DNA of 64,000 nt from an uncultured Actinomycetota bacterium (GCA_963818995.1 CAWFUM010000007.1:15392-79391); one strand, 5' to 3'; counted from the stretch's first letter, positions 31,627 through 40,495 are shown. The notes: a model not told the origin generated them from the sequence alone. Made by a program: numbers and translations.

Positions 31627-31668
31627 GGCACCCCCAGGACTGGCTGAGACCAGATTCCTGAGGGTGCC
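31627..31668. terminator. Long hairpin just after the DinB-like stop
   Basis: GGCACCCCCAGG...CCTGAGGGTGCC (11/12 pairing) encloses a smaller CTGG/CCAG stem. No T-tract. Confidence 0.35.
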
Positions 31669-31960
31669 CCCACTGCGTCTCCAGGATTGCTAGGGAGCAA
31701 CCCTTGGAGGCGTCTGACGATGAGTGAACATCGCGGGCACCTCCTTCCTGATACAGAGGACATTTCTTGCCGCGCGGCGCGGCCACTGTAGGACTGCATG
31801 CCGAGAGGCGGCAACGCATTTACCCGTGGCCAAGATCGTCACGTGCGCGCCCGGCACTGTCCGGACCGGAGGCGTCTCTTCTCGCGCCAAACGGGGGCTG
31901 GCTCTGCAGGCACTGAGTCTGCGCGTAGCACGCCTCACTTCGACGCGCAGACCGGCTGTG

Positions 31961-32386
31961 CTACGCGTGCAGGCGGCTTGGCGTGATAATCAGAGCCTCT
32001 GAGAACAACTCGGCGAACTGGCGAGATGTGCCAAACATCGCCCCGATCCGTTCGGCGTACTTCACTGCATAGTCCGGCTGCCGGTCGGCCGGGGGCGTGT
32101 CAGCAACGTGCTCGGCCGTGCCGTCGATGCGTATGATGTCTCTGCCTATGTCGGTCACGTCGAGGCCGAGGGTCACCCTGGGGTTCGCGCTGATGTTGCG
32201 CAGTTTGATCTTTTTCGGCTGGCTGTAGACCAGGATCGTCTCGTCGTCGCGCACCAGGAACCACACAGGGACACTGTCCGGCTGGCCGTCAGGGCGGACT
32301 GTGGTTAGCCACGCCATCAGGTTGCTGTGCAGGCGAGCCTCAACGTGCTCGCGACGATCGGGAGGCAGATGTCTGGTCAGGTTCAC
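31961..32386 (-). CDS. PPOX-class (pyridoxamine 5'-phosphate oxidase-like) F420-dependent oxidoreductase family protein
   Basis: 141 aa. LHSNLMAWLTTVRPDGQPDSVPVWFLVRDDETILVYSQP..KLRNISANPRVTL is typical of the split-barrel family. Confidence 0.75.
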   Translation of the reverse strand: MNLTRHLPPDRREHVEARLHSNLMAWLTTVRPDGQPDSVPVWFLVRDDETILVYSQPKKIKLRNISANPRVTLGLDVTDIGRDIIRIDGTAEHVADTPPADRQPDYAVKYAERIGAMFGTSRQFAELFSEALIITPSRLHA

Positions 32387-32465
32387 GGGGGTCAGCTTAA
32401 CCAGCGGCCCAGGTCAGAGTAGTTCCGCCGGTGCTTGTCACGGCCTTTCGGCCGCGACGATGTCG

Positions 32466-32789
32466 TCACGGAGACCGATCATCGGCTTCACGGCGGAGCT
32501 GGAGCGCCAGGCTTGGGACGACGAAGGACGCAAGGAAGATCGGCAGAAAACTCTTTCCGGTGCATCGGAAGGCGACGGTTTGGCCCTCGGCGGCGTCGAA
32601 GGTCCGGGTTCGGCTGGAGTTTCGGCCACTGCGAATTTGCAGAGTGTGATGTCCAGGTTCGACTGGTATCTCGATCGTGTCGTTCATGTCGACCGATCCG
32701 GCACGCTGACCGTCAACCACGATGTCGTACGTGCCACGTCGGACCTCGGCGCCGATTGCTTTATGCGTCATCTTCAGGGTTGCTGTCAT
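32466..32789 (-). CDS. Hypothetical small protein
   Basis: 107-aa ORF with plausible composition and a C-terminal hydrophobic segment (FLPIFLASFVVPSLAL). No family recognised. Confidence 0.35.
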   Translation of the reverse strand: MTATLKMTHKAIGAEVRRGTYDIVVDGQRAGSVDMNDTIEIPVEPGHHTLQIRSGRNSSRTRTFDAAEGQTVAFRCTGKSFLPIFLASFVVPSLALQLRREADDRSP

Positions 32790-32921
32790 CGTCGATCTCC
32801 ATTGTCTGTCGGCCGTGCCGCGGCACCATCGTCCTCGCCTGGGCGGTGTCCGCCCATCGGCTGCTTGCGTTGCCGCCTGTCATGTGATCAGCCGTGCTCC
32901 TGGACCTAGACGTAGACCTGT

Positions 32922-33002
32922 CGCATGGCGGTCTGCAGCGAGGTCCCTTCGGCCACGACCCGCAGGGCGCTCAAGTGCCCGGGTAGGCAGCTGTACGGTC
33001 AG
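32922..33002 (+). pseudogene. 3' remnant of a tyrosine integrase gene (oldest copy)
   Basis: Encodes ..MAVCSEVPSATTRRALKCPGRQLYG, which aligns with the C-terminus MEVYSEVPSAKTRSALKRLGRQLDG* of the intact integrase (36444-36518). The stop codon is mutated. Confidence 0.6.
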
Positions 33003-33004
33003 GG

Positions 33005-33025
33005 TTGCAGTACTTCGCTGTGTAC
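33005..33025 (+). repeat. Arm-type repeat, P-side copy 1 (TTGCAGTACTTCGCTGTGTAC)
   Basis: Member of the 22-bp family TTGCTGTACTyCGCTGyTsTAC. Lies 51 nt before core copy 1. Confidence 0.6.
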
Positions 33026-33075
33026 TGGCCAGCAGAAAGGCCAGTTACACGACTGCAACTGGCCTCTGACCTGCG

Positions 33076-33118
33076 TGGAGCTGAGGGGATTTAACCCCTG
33101 CCCCCCTTCGATGCGAAC
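33076..33118 (-). repeat. Degenerate copy of the 3' 43 nt of tRNA-Ala(CGC) (att core copy 1)
   Basis: tggagctgaggggatttaacccctgccccccttcgatgcgaac versus the tRNA 3' part at 58413-58455. A few substitutions/indels. Confidence 0.75.
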
Positions 33119-33201
33119 TAGCGCCAGGCCGGTCGTTGACTGTCGTTCCGAGAGGCTGCTTGGCGATGGCGGGCGTCCCGCGTCGCTCGGAGCCCATAGC
33201 G

Positions 33202-33223
33202 TTGCTGTACTCCGCTGCTGTAC
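33202..33223 (+). repeat. Arm-type repeat, P'-side copy 1 (TTGCTGTACTCCGCTGCTGTAC)
   Basis: Lies 84 nt after core copy 1, the same spacing as at cores 2 and 4. Confidence 0.6.
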
Positions 33224-33278
33224 GCGGGAGGCTGCGGAACCGCTCCTGGGCCGCCGTGGCCTCGGTAGAAATGAAACG

Positions 33279-33698
33279 CTAACGGTCGTCGCCTGCGATG
33301 CCCCAAAGAGTGCCGGCCGTTCCTTCTGCAAGCCGCCTTTCGTACGCATCTACCTTGTAGTCGATCAGCTTCAAGCAGGTGGCAAGCTGGGAAAGCTGCT
33401 CCTCTATGCAGCGGCGGTGCTGGCGAAGAATGGAGAGCCTGTCCTCCTCGTTCCCCTCGCCTTGCCGGACGAGGGCGACGTATCGGCGCAGTGCACTGAG
33501 CGGCATGCCGGACGACCGGAAGTTCACGCAGACCGTCAGCCATTCCACGTCGTCCTCGCTGTAGGCGCGGCGACCGTTGGGCGCGCGTCGTACCGGGGAC
33601 GTGAGCAGCCCCTCGTGCTCGTAGAAGCGAAGCGCGTGCACGCTGAGTCCCGTTCGCTCTGCCACTTCTCCGATGCTCAGCCCTGCGACGTCGGTCAT
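33279..33698 (-). CDS. MerR family transcriptional regulator
   Basis: ATG at 33698. HTH: LSIGEVAERTGLSVHALRFYEHEGLL....R..NGRRAYSEDDVEWL, followed by a coiled-coil C-terminal part. Confidence 0.85.
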   Translation of the reverse strand: MTDVAGLSIGEVAERTGLSVHALRFYEHEGLLTSPVRRAPNGRRAYSEDDVEWLTVCVNFRSSGMPLSALRRYVALVRQGEGNEEDRLSILRQHRRCIEEQLSQLATCLKLIDYKVDAYERRLAEGTAGTLWGIAGDDR

Positions 33699-33717
33699 GC
33701 GACACATAATAATGCCC

Positions 33718-33748
33718 TTGACCTAGAGTCCGCTCTAGCTTGTACGGT
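33718..33748 (+). promoter_or_regulatory. MerR-type promoter with 19-nt spacer and operator palindrome
   Basis: TTGACC (33718-33723), then the palindrome CTAGAG-tccg-CTCTAG (33723-33738), then TACGGT (33743-33748). The spacer is 19 nt. Lies between merR-like and MFS genes. Confidence 0.6.
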
Positions 33749-33793
33749 CCGTGGAATGCAGGCAGCTACCCATGACCGCGCAGCACCGCGCAG

Positions 33794-35083
33794 ATGCTCA
33801 GGCCGCTAGTGCCCGTCGTCCCACGCGCCCTGCGTCACCGCGACTACACCCTGCTATGGGGCGGCCAGTCAGTCTCCGTCCTCGGCGATGGCATCTACAC
33901 CATCGCGATCGCGCTGGCGGCGCTGCACATCAGCAACCACGCGAGCACGCTCGCCTACGTTCAGGCGGCGCGGGTCGCTCCGAGCGCGCTGCTGCTGCTC
34001 TTCGCCGGCGCCCTCGTCGACCGGCTACCGCGGCGCCTGGTCGTGCTCGCCGCCGACCTCATGCGGGGCGGCGCTATCACGGCACTTTCTGCGCTCGCCG
34101 CCGAACATGCCCTGACCATCACCGAGCTCGTCTGCCTTTCCGTCGTCGTCGGCGCTGGAGATGCCTTCTTTTATCCCGCGTACAAAGCGATCATGCCGGA
34201 GCTGCTGCCGCCCGACCTGCTCACGCAGGGCAACGCCTTCAACAGCGCGAGCCAGACCATCGGGGCGTCGTTCCTGGGACCTGCCCTCGGCGGGGTGATC
34301 GTCGCCGCGGGAGGAACGCCGACAGCGTTCGCCGCCGACGCCGGGACCTTCATGGTCAGTGCGCTGTGCCTGGCCGCCATGTCACGTATCCCGCCGCCGG
34401 AATCCACGGGAAGATCCGTCGCCTCTGACGCTCGTCTCGGCATCCGCTGGACCATCCGCCAGCACTGGCTCTGGTACGGAATCCTCGCCGTCGGCGTAGC
34501 CAACTTCGCGGCCTTCTCGCCGCTCGCTGTCACCATCCCGCTCATGGTCCGCGATGTCCTGCATCAGGGACCCGTCGCCTACGGAGCCACCTTCGGCGCA
34601 GGCGGAGCTGGCGGACTGCTCGCGGCAGCGCTGGCCGGACGCCTCGGCTCGCCGAAACGGCGAGTGACCATGATCTGGGGAGCCTGGGCAGGGGCGTCCC
34701 TCGCGCTCGTCGGCGTCGGCGTCGCCCCCGACGTCATCGCGGTCGCGGCCTGCAGCGCGGTCACGTTCTTCGGGCTTACCTACGGCAACCTCATCTGGGG
34801 CGCGCTCATGCAGGCCGCGGTGCCCCCGGACATGCTCGGACGCGCGTCCTCGGTCGACTACCTGTTCTCGATCTGCCTAGCACCCCTCGGCATCATCTTC
34901 GCCGGAGTGCTCGCCGGCTCGATCGGCGTCCGCGAGACCGTTTTGCTCGGCGCAGGACTGTCTGCGGCGTCCTGCCTCGTTGTCTTCGCTCCCGGCGTCC
35001 GCAACCCCGACCAACCGGGATACCAGCCGGTGCCACTCCCAAAAGACTTCCTCGATGCGAACCAGCGCCCGACCGGCCATTAA
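33794..35083 (+). CDS. MFS transporter (EntS/MFS_3-like efflux protein)
   Basis: 429 aa. N-terminus RALRHRDYTLLWGGQSVSVLGDGIYTIAIAL and GALVDRLPRR are typical of the family. Multi-TM. Confidence 0.85.
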   Translation: MLRPLVPVVPRALRHRDYTLLWGGQSVSVLGDGIYTIAIALAALHISNHASTLAYVQAARVAPSALLLLFAGALVDRLPRRLVVLAADLMRGGAITALSALAAEHALTITELVCLSVVVGAGDAFFYPAYKAIMPELLPPDLLTQGNAFNSASQTIGASFLGPALGGVIVAAGGTPTAFAADAGTFMVSALCLAAMSRIPPPESTGRSVASDARLGIRWTIRQHWLWYGILAVGVANFAAFSPLAVTIPLMVRDVLHQGPVAYGATFGAGGAGGLLAAALAGRLGSPKRRVTMIWGAWAGASLALVGVGVAPDVIAVAACSAVTFFGLTYGNLIWGALMQAAVPPDMLGRASSVDYLFSICLAPLGIIFAGVLAGSIGVRETVLLGAGLSAASCLVVFAPGVRNPDQPGYQPVPLPKDFLDANQRPTGH

Positions 35084-35136
35084 CGGTCGTCTCGGCGGAG
35101 TTGTACCGCCTTGATGACCACCATCTGTTGCCAGCG

Positions 35137-35157
35137 TTGCTGTATTCCACCACTGCG
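35137..35157 (+). repeat. Partial arm-type-like repeat (TTGCTGTATTCCACCACTGCG)
   Basis: The first 11 nt match the arm-type consensus and the remainder diverges. Lies upstream of the xis remnant. Confidence 0.35.
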
Positions 35158-35194
35158 GGCGGACGGGTGCTGAACCGCTTGACTCGCTGCTAGT

Positions 35195-35306
35195 TCCTGG
35201 TCCTATCAGGGCAGATCCGCTCGATCAAGGACGGCGGGAATCGTCGCATCCTCCCGGAGTGGGTCGACGAATACATCCAGCGGCGGATCGAAGAGCAGGC
35301 CGCATG
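35195..35306 (+). pseudogene. 5'-truncated excisionase (Xis, HTH_17-like) remnant
   Basis: This frame encodes ..GQIRSIKDGGNRRILPEWVDEYIQRRIEEQAA* with an ATGA overlap onto the integrase start. An in-frame TAG lies about 35 codons upstream and no start codon is present. Confidence 0.45.
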
Positions 35307-36518
35307 ACCAAGAGGCGGAACGGCGAATGCTCGATCTTCCCGTATCGGACGGGCTACGCCGCCTATGCCTGGGTCACGACGCCTGATGGCGAGCGGAAGC
35401 GCAAGTGGGTCTACGGCAAGACGCACGAGGAGGTCCACGACAAGTGGATCAAGCTCCAGGCCAGAGCACGTCAGGGCCCGATGCCAACGACAACCCCGAC
35501 GCTGGCCACCTACCTGTCTTATTGGCTCAACGAGGTCGTGCAGCCCAATCTGGCACCGAAAACCAGCGAGAAATACAAGCTCCTTACTCGGCTCTACCTC
35601 GTACCAGGGCTCGGCCACAAGCGACTGGATCAGCTCCAGGTCCGTGATGTCCGTACGTGGCTGAACAATCTGCGGACTGCATGCCAGTGCTGCGCTCAGC
35701 TCAAGGACGCTCGCCGCCCGCCGGACCGGCAGCGATGCTGTGCCCTCGGGAAATGTTGTCATCAGGTCCTTGGCGGCCGGACCATCAAAGACGTGCGCGA
35801 CACGCTCCGGGCTGCTCTGAGCAACGCTGTCGCGGAGGAACTCATTAGCCGGAACATTGCCGCGGTGGTGCGACTTCCAGTACCAAGGAAGCCACAGCGG
35901 CAGAGCTGGTCGGCCGACGAGGCCCGCAGATTCCTGGAGTCGGCACGCGCCGATAGTGACGCGCTGTACGCCGCATACGTCCTCATCCTTGTACTCGGCC
36001 TGCGGCGGGGTGAGGTGCTCGGGCTCACCTGGTCTGACGCCAACTTCGAAGTCAGAGAAGTCCATATTCGCTGGCAGCTTCAGCGAGCTGACCAGGAACT
36101 GCGCCATCGTGAGACCAAGACTGCCTCATCGACGGCCGTTCTCCCGCTCCCCGACATCTGCATAGCCGCCCTCACCCTGCGCAGAGGGCGTCAGGAAGCC
36201 GATAGGGAGCAAGCCGGCGACGCCTGGCAAGATACCGACCTAGTCTTCACGAGCGGCTACGGAACCGCCTACGAACCGCGGAACTTCAACCGGCAGTTCG
36301 CGGTCCGATGCCGCAAGGCCGGAATCCGGTATATCCGCGTTCATGACACCCGCCGCACCTGCGCCACGTTGCTCGTCGCCCTGGACGTCCATCCGCGAGT
36401 GGCCATACAGATCCTGCGCCACAGCCAGATTGCCATGACGATGGAGGTCTACAGCGAGGTTCCCTCAGCCAAGACCCGCAGCGCGCTCAAGCGCCTGGGC
36501 AGGCAGCTCGATGGCTAG
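35304..36518 (+). CDS. int: Tyrosine site-specific integrase (phage integrase family)
   Basis: 404 aa from the ATG at 35304. Contains LGLRRGEVLGLTW (catalytic Arg), HDTRRTCATLL (H-x-x-R) and MEVYSE (Tyr). A Cys-rich insert (CQCCAQ...CCALGKCC) is present. Intact. Confidence 0.9.
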   Translation: MTKRRNGECSIFPYRTGYAAYAWVTTPDGERKRKWVYGKTHEEVHDKWIKLQARARQGPMPTTTPTLATYLSYWLNEVVQPNLAPKTSEKYKLLTRLYLVPGLGHKRLDQLQVRDVRTWLNNLRTACQCCAQLKDARRPPDRQRCCALGKCCHQVLGGRTIKDVRDTLRAALSNAVAEELISRNIAAVVRLPVPRKPQRQSWSADEARRFLESARADSDALYAAYVLILVLGLRRGEVLGLTWSDANFEVREVHIRWQLQRADQELRHRETKTASSTAVLPLPDICIAALTLRRGRQEADREQAGDAWQDTDLVFTSGYGTAYEPRNFNRQFAVRCRKAGIRYIRVHDTRRTCATLLVALDVHPRVAIQILRHSQIAMTMEVYSEVPSAKTRSALKRLGRQLDG

Positions 36519-36520
36519 GG

Positions 36521-36542
36521 TTGCTGTACTTCGCTGTTCTAC
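36521..36542 (+). repeat. Arm-type repeat, P-side copy 2 (TTGCTGTACTTCGCTGTTCTAC)
   Basis: Starts 3 nt after the int stop, 51 nt before core copy 2. A CTGGCC..GGCCAG hairpin follows. Confidence 0.65.
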
Positions 36543-36592
36543 TGGCCAGCAGAAAGGCCAGTCACACGACTGCAACTGGCCTCTGACCTGCG

Positions 36593-36635
36593 TGGAGCTG
36601 AGGGGATTTGAACCCCTGACCCCCTCGATGCGAAC
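36593..36635 (-). repeat. Exact copy of the 3' 43 nt of tRNA-Ala(CGC) (att core copy 2)
   Basis: tggagctgaggggatttgaacccctgaccccctcgatgcgaac is identical to 58413-58455 (acceptor 3' strand through the anticodon loop). Confidence 0.85.
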
Positions 36636-36718
36636 TCGCGGCCAGGAGGTCAGACGGAGGATCGTGGCTGCCCACGAGGTTGGCAACGGTCATCGATGGT
36701 CGGCTGGAAGTCACCCTG

Positions 36719-36741
36719 GCTGCTGCACTTTTCTGCTGCAC
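36719..36741 (+). repeat. Arm-type repeat, P'-side copy 2 (GCTGCTGCACTTTTCTGCTGCAC, diverged)
   Basis: Lies 84 nt after core copy 2. A diverged member of the family. Confidence 0.45.
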
Positions 36742-37605
36742 CGCCGCCTTGGCGACCTATTCACTACGAGGGTAAGTCGATTCCGCTGCTACGTGCCTCT
36801 AGTCATCGCTGGCCTGCACTGTCGATCCGTCAGCGTCCGCCATTGTCCACTAGTTCATGCCGCCATTGTCACCCAGATTGTCACCCGTTGCTGGGGTGCT
36901 GTCGGGCCAGTGACCTTACCCTCGCTTTGGCTACCTCGGAGTCGGGCGACTCGATGGCCGTCAGGTAGGGCTCCAGATTCGTGATCAAGTCGAAGGCCGG
37001 CCGGTCTGGCCAGGCGCCGCGTGCAATAACCGTGGCGACCAAGCCGAGGTGGATGAACTGCAGGCCATGAAAGCCGTTATAACTCTTCGTACTAACGGTT
37101 CGCCGTTGGCCCGCAACCGAAACTTCGAGCGTAGCGGCCGCAAGCGGTCCTCGCGCGGGTCGGTGTCCGCGGCGCCCGTGTTCGGTTCTGCCTTCCCGGC
37201 GGGACTGTTCGCGCCCCGCCACTTCACTGAGCACCGACCTGAGCTGCAAAGTTTCCGAGTGGCCGGAGGTGAAATCGGTGATCACTTCAATGTAGGGCGA
37301 CAAAGGATCTTCGCGATCCCGTAGCACAGTGTCATGCTTTTGACCGTCTCCGGCTGGCCGCCCACACGATGCGATCCGACGAACCCCGGTAGCGCAGGTC
37401 ATTGTTGACCATGCCCAGCGGCACAGGGGCGAGGGTGCGCAGCTGGCTGACCATCATCCGGCCCCACCCTGCGATCAGGCCGATCGCGGCGCTGTTCCGC
37501 TCGCCCTGTTCGCTTCCCAACGCCGCCGCCTCCGAACGTGTCCCCGATAGCATAGTGTGCCCATTCCTGGGCATCCTCTTGATAGGCGCCAATGATCTTG
37601 CCGCG

Positions 37606-37685
37606 GAAGATCACACTCAAGGGTGGCGCGGAGCGCCATCGCGCAGCGACGGGAGCGCAGCGAGCGCCCTTGACTGTGATCTTGC
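37606..37685. repeat. Hairpin-forming palindromic element, copy A
   Basis: GAAGATCACACTCAAGGGTGGCGC ... GCGCCCTTGACTGTGATCTTGC: ~22-24-nt arms with a ~34-nt loop. Related to the copy at 57080-57155. Confidence 0.6.
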
Positions 37686-38040
37686 TCGGTAGAAGGATGC
37701 CCGGCGCGAGGAGGACGGCCCGGCACATCTGCACACGCGGTTACCGTCAGCGTCTCGTGGCGGCGGGCACTCGGCGCGGCGGGGACCGGGCGAGCGGACG
37801 TGCGGCAGGCCCGCCGCGACCGGAGGCAGGCTTGGTGTAGGGAGCGGCGAAAGCCTGCCGCCCACCCGGCCTGCGGATGCCTGGCCTTCCCGCCATCCGG
37901 CCAGTTGATCTTCGCCGCACTACGCTTGCCGCGTCCGGCATCTCCCGCGTGCCCGCAGGTTGGGGGGGCCCAGAGCCCGAGCAACGGGTGGCGCGCCGGA
38001 GGCGCTGCTCCTTGAAGCTGTAAGGAAGGTTGTCACAGGT

Positions 38041-38066
38041 CCTTCTAGGGACCTCCTAGGCACCTC
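38041..38066. repeat. CTAG-containing decamer repeat array, left part
   Basis: ccttCTAGGgacctcCTAGGcacctc, followed by the CTAG at the IS boundary. Confidence 0.6.
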
Positions 38067-39597
38067 CTAGTACTACAGAATCAGCCTGTGATCTTGCCCG
38101 GCGTGGCGTCGTGACATGAGGCGGCCGCCGGGCCATCGTCCTGGTTTGTGAGGACACAAGAGGCTGACACGGCGGCCATGGCCAGGGTAGACCCTGTGGC
38201 CTGGGCCGAGTCGTTCAATGAGATGTTCGCGCTGATCGCGGGCGAGTTCGGGCAGGCGCCGCCGCGGAAGCGGGCCAGGGGCTACCTGCTGGGGCTGCTG
38301 TCGCAGGCTGAGCGGAAGAACGGGTGGACGATCGCGGAGCTGGCCGGGGATGTCACGCCGATCGGGATGCAGCGGTTGCTGAACTTCTACGCCTGGGATG
38401 CGGACCGGGTGCGGGATGCGCTGGCCCGGTACGTGGTGAAGAACCTCGGCCATCCCGCGGCGGTGCTGGTGGCCGACGAGACGGGATTCCTCAAGAAGGG
38501 CCGGAAGTCGGCTGGCGTGGCCCGGCAATACACCGGGACGGCGGGCCGGGTGGAGAACTGCCAGGTCGGGGTGTTTTTGGCCTGCGCCGCGCCGGACGGG
38601 TCGCGGGCCCTGATCGACCGCGAGCTGTACCTGCCGGAGAAGTGGACCGCCGACAAGGACCGGTGCGCGCAGGCCGGCATTCCTGACGACACCGGGTTTG
38701 AGACCAAGCCGGCGCTGGCGCAGAAGATGGTCGAGCGGGCCGTCAAGGCCGGGGTACCGTTCGGCTGGTTCGCCGCCGACGAAGTGTACGGCCAGAACAC
38801 CGGCCTGCGGGAGTGGCTGGAAGAACAGCGCATCCGGTATGTCATGGCGGTGCCGTGCAGCCAGCCGGTCACCACCGCCGCGGGGAAGCTGCGCGCCGAT
38901 CTGCTGGCCGCGCGGGTACCCGGTGATGGCTGGCAGGTGCTGTCATGCGGCGACGGGTCGAAGGGGCCGCGGCTGTATGGGTGGGCGCTGCTCGCCACCG
39001 CCAGCAGTGATCGCCAGCTCCTGGTCCGCCGCTCCCTGACGCCCGGCGAGAAGGGAACGCTCGAGCTGGCCTATTTCCTGTGCCACGCCCCGGCCGGCAC
39101 GACGCTGGCCGAGCTGGCCGCCGTGGCCGGCGCCCGGTGGGCGGTCGAGGACTGCTTCGCCGAGGCCAAGAACGAGACCGGGCTGGACCACTACCAGGTC
39201 CGCACCTGGACCGCCTGGTACCGGCACATCACGCTGTCGATGCTGGCGCACGCCTTCCTCGCGGTGCTCGCCCGCGCCCGCCAGCCGGCCGTTCCCGAAA
39301 GCGCGGTCCCCGGCCCGGGCCAGGCTAAAAAAGGGACCCGCCACCTGTGGACAACGATTCGCGCCGCGGAGAACATATAGCCCTCCACCAGTCATAACAG
39401 ACAGCGACGGCCGCGAGCTGATCCCGCTTACCGTCGCAGAAGTACGCCGCCTGTTCAACCTCCGCGCCACCGTCGCCCGAACCCCGGCCCACCACGAGCG
39501 GTGGTCACTGTGGCGCCGGCGCCACCAGGCACGCGCCCGCAGGTTTCACTACCAGCGCCGACTCACGCTAAGCAACAGGCTGATTCTGTAGTACTAG
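38067..39597 (+). mobile_element. IS701-family insertion sequence (~1.53 kb)
   Basis: Perfect 23-bp terminal inverted repeats CTAGTACTACAGAATCAGCCTGT (38067-38089) / ACAGGCTGATTCTGTAGTACTAG (39575-39597). Alternatively, 19-bp TIRs flanked by a CTAG target duplication. One transposase gene inside. Confidence 0.8.
38178..39591 (+). pseudogene. IS701-family (COG5659-type) DDE transposase with one frame break near the 3' end
   Basis: GYLLGLLSQAERKNGWTIAE, LVADETGFLKKG, VARQYTGTAGRVENCQVGVFL, FAADEVYG, WAVEDCFAEAKNETGLDHYQVR. The conserved tail DSDGRELIPLTVAEVRRLFNL...WSLWRRRHQARARRFHY is in the +1 frame after the A6 run (about 39325-39335). The stop lies inside the right TIR. Confidence 0.8.
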
Positions 39598-39672
39598 ACA
39601 CACTCCTAGAGCACCTTGTCCTAGAGCACCTCCTAGAGGCGCCCACCTAGAGTCACCTAGAGTCGCTCCTAG
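39598..39672. repeat. CTAG-containing decamer repeat array, right part
   Basis: acacactcCTAGAGcaccttgtcCTAGAGcacctcCTAGAGgcgcccacCTAGAGtcacCTAGAGtcgctcCTAGG: six CTAG in 75 nt. Confidence 0.65.
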
Positions 39673-40495
39673 GCAAACAGCAACCTCGGCGACGCTTTAC
39701 TCCGGCAGACGCCTCACATCGCACCCCCAGATCTCGGCGTGCGGGTCCTGGTCGTGTCCCGGGCCATGCAAAGCGAACTAGGCATATCCGGGCTCACGCG
39801 CTGGCACGCCCGCCTCTCTGCCGCCTCAGGAGGAGGCGAGGTCCCTACGGGATCAGCAGCAGTCACGACGACAGGCTCGATCAAAAAGCCCGCTTCGCTC
39901 CTTGCTCGGTGGTATGTATATCGTTCAGGCCGACACGTCGAGCTGTGCCACCTACAATAGTGGCGGATACATCGACATGACGGGCTGCACGAGCAAGGCT
40001 AGCGACATATGGTCGACAAATTTTACGAATAATTACTTAGGTTCAGGTCAATGCCTTAATGCTCCGAGCCCTGGGCAAATCTTAATATGTCGGCCTGTAA
40101 TGGCGGATATCGAGAACAATGGAATATGGTGGATTAATTCAACGCTGGCGGATTCCAAATGGCAGCGGGCGTGTAATCTGCCACTTGGATGCGATGGAAC
40201 GCTAGCTGCATCGCAAACCTGACGAGCGCGTGTTCGCATAAAGATACAGGTCCCGGAGGCAAGTGATCCGGGGCCTGCTTCTGTAAGGATGTAACGCGCT
40301 GATCGGTCGAAGAGGAACGAGCTGTAGCGAACCTGGCGAGACAGGGGCCACTGATTGATCCCTCAGCTAGTCGCGGCATCCTCGTTGGTTCGATCTGATC
40401 CGTGGTCTCGATGATCGACGGTGGTCTCCAGCTAGGATGGCGGACGGCGGACGGCGGACTGAGACCGAGGCCAGGGGCATGGGCGGTGACAACCA

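Larger units (their letters stand above)
33076..36635. mobile_element. Integrated mini-element (~3.5 kb) bounded by att cores 1 and 2
   Basis: Order: core, P' arm, merR-like, MFS, xis remnant, intact int, P arm, core. Confidence 0.6.

Noticed and set aside
31678-31710. AGGATTGC-tagggа-GCAACCCT imperfect inverted repeat sharing the half-site AGGATTGC with the TetR-region palindrome at 27823-27836.
   Set aside because: It is a single 8-nt half-site match with an imperfect partner and different spacing. It lies in a hairpin-rich terminator-like region, so the match is likely coincidental.
35190-36107. 305-aa minus-strand ORF overlapping the integrase gene.
   Set aside because: It is antisense to an intact integrase with all catalytic motifs and has no recognisable domain of its own.
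36881-37734. Minus-strand coding potential spread over three frames: ..IFRGKIIGAYQEDAQEWAHYAIGD.. / ..AAIGLIAGWGRMMVSQLRTLAPVPLGMVNNDLRYRG.. / ..GLQFIHLGLVATVIARGAWPDRPAFDLITNLEPYL...
   Set aside because: It looks like a decayed gene at the left end of the AICE-like element. I cannot assign a family or define its boundaries, and part of it overlaps hairpin element A. It is not reported as a feature.
39902-40222. 106-aa ORF in markedly AT-richer DNA with Cys/Trp/Gln spacing faintly reminiscent of a ricin-B/beta-trefoil lectin repeat (..GQCLNAPSPGQ..; ..NGIWW..).
   Set aside because: It is too short and too weakly patterned to call. There is no signal peptide or catalytic partner. It is probably a gene fragment.
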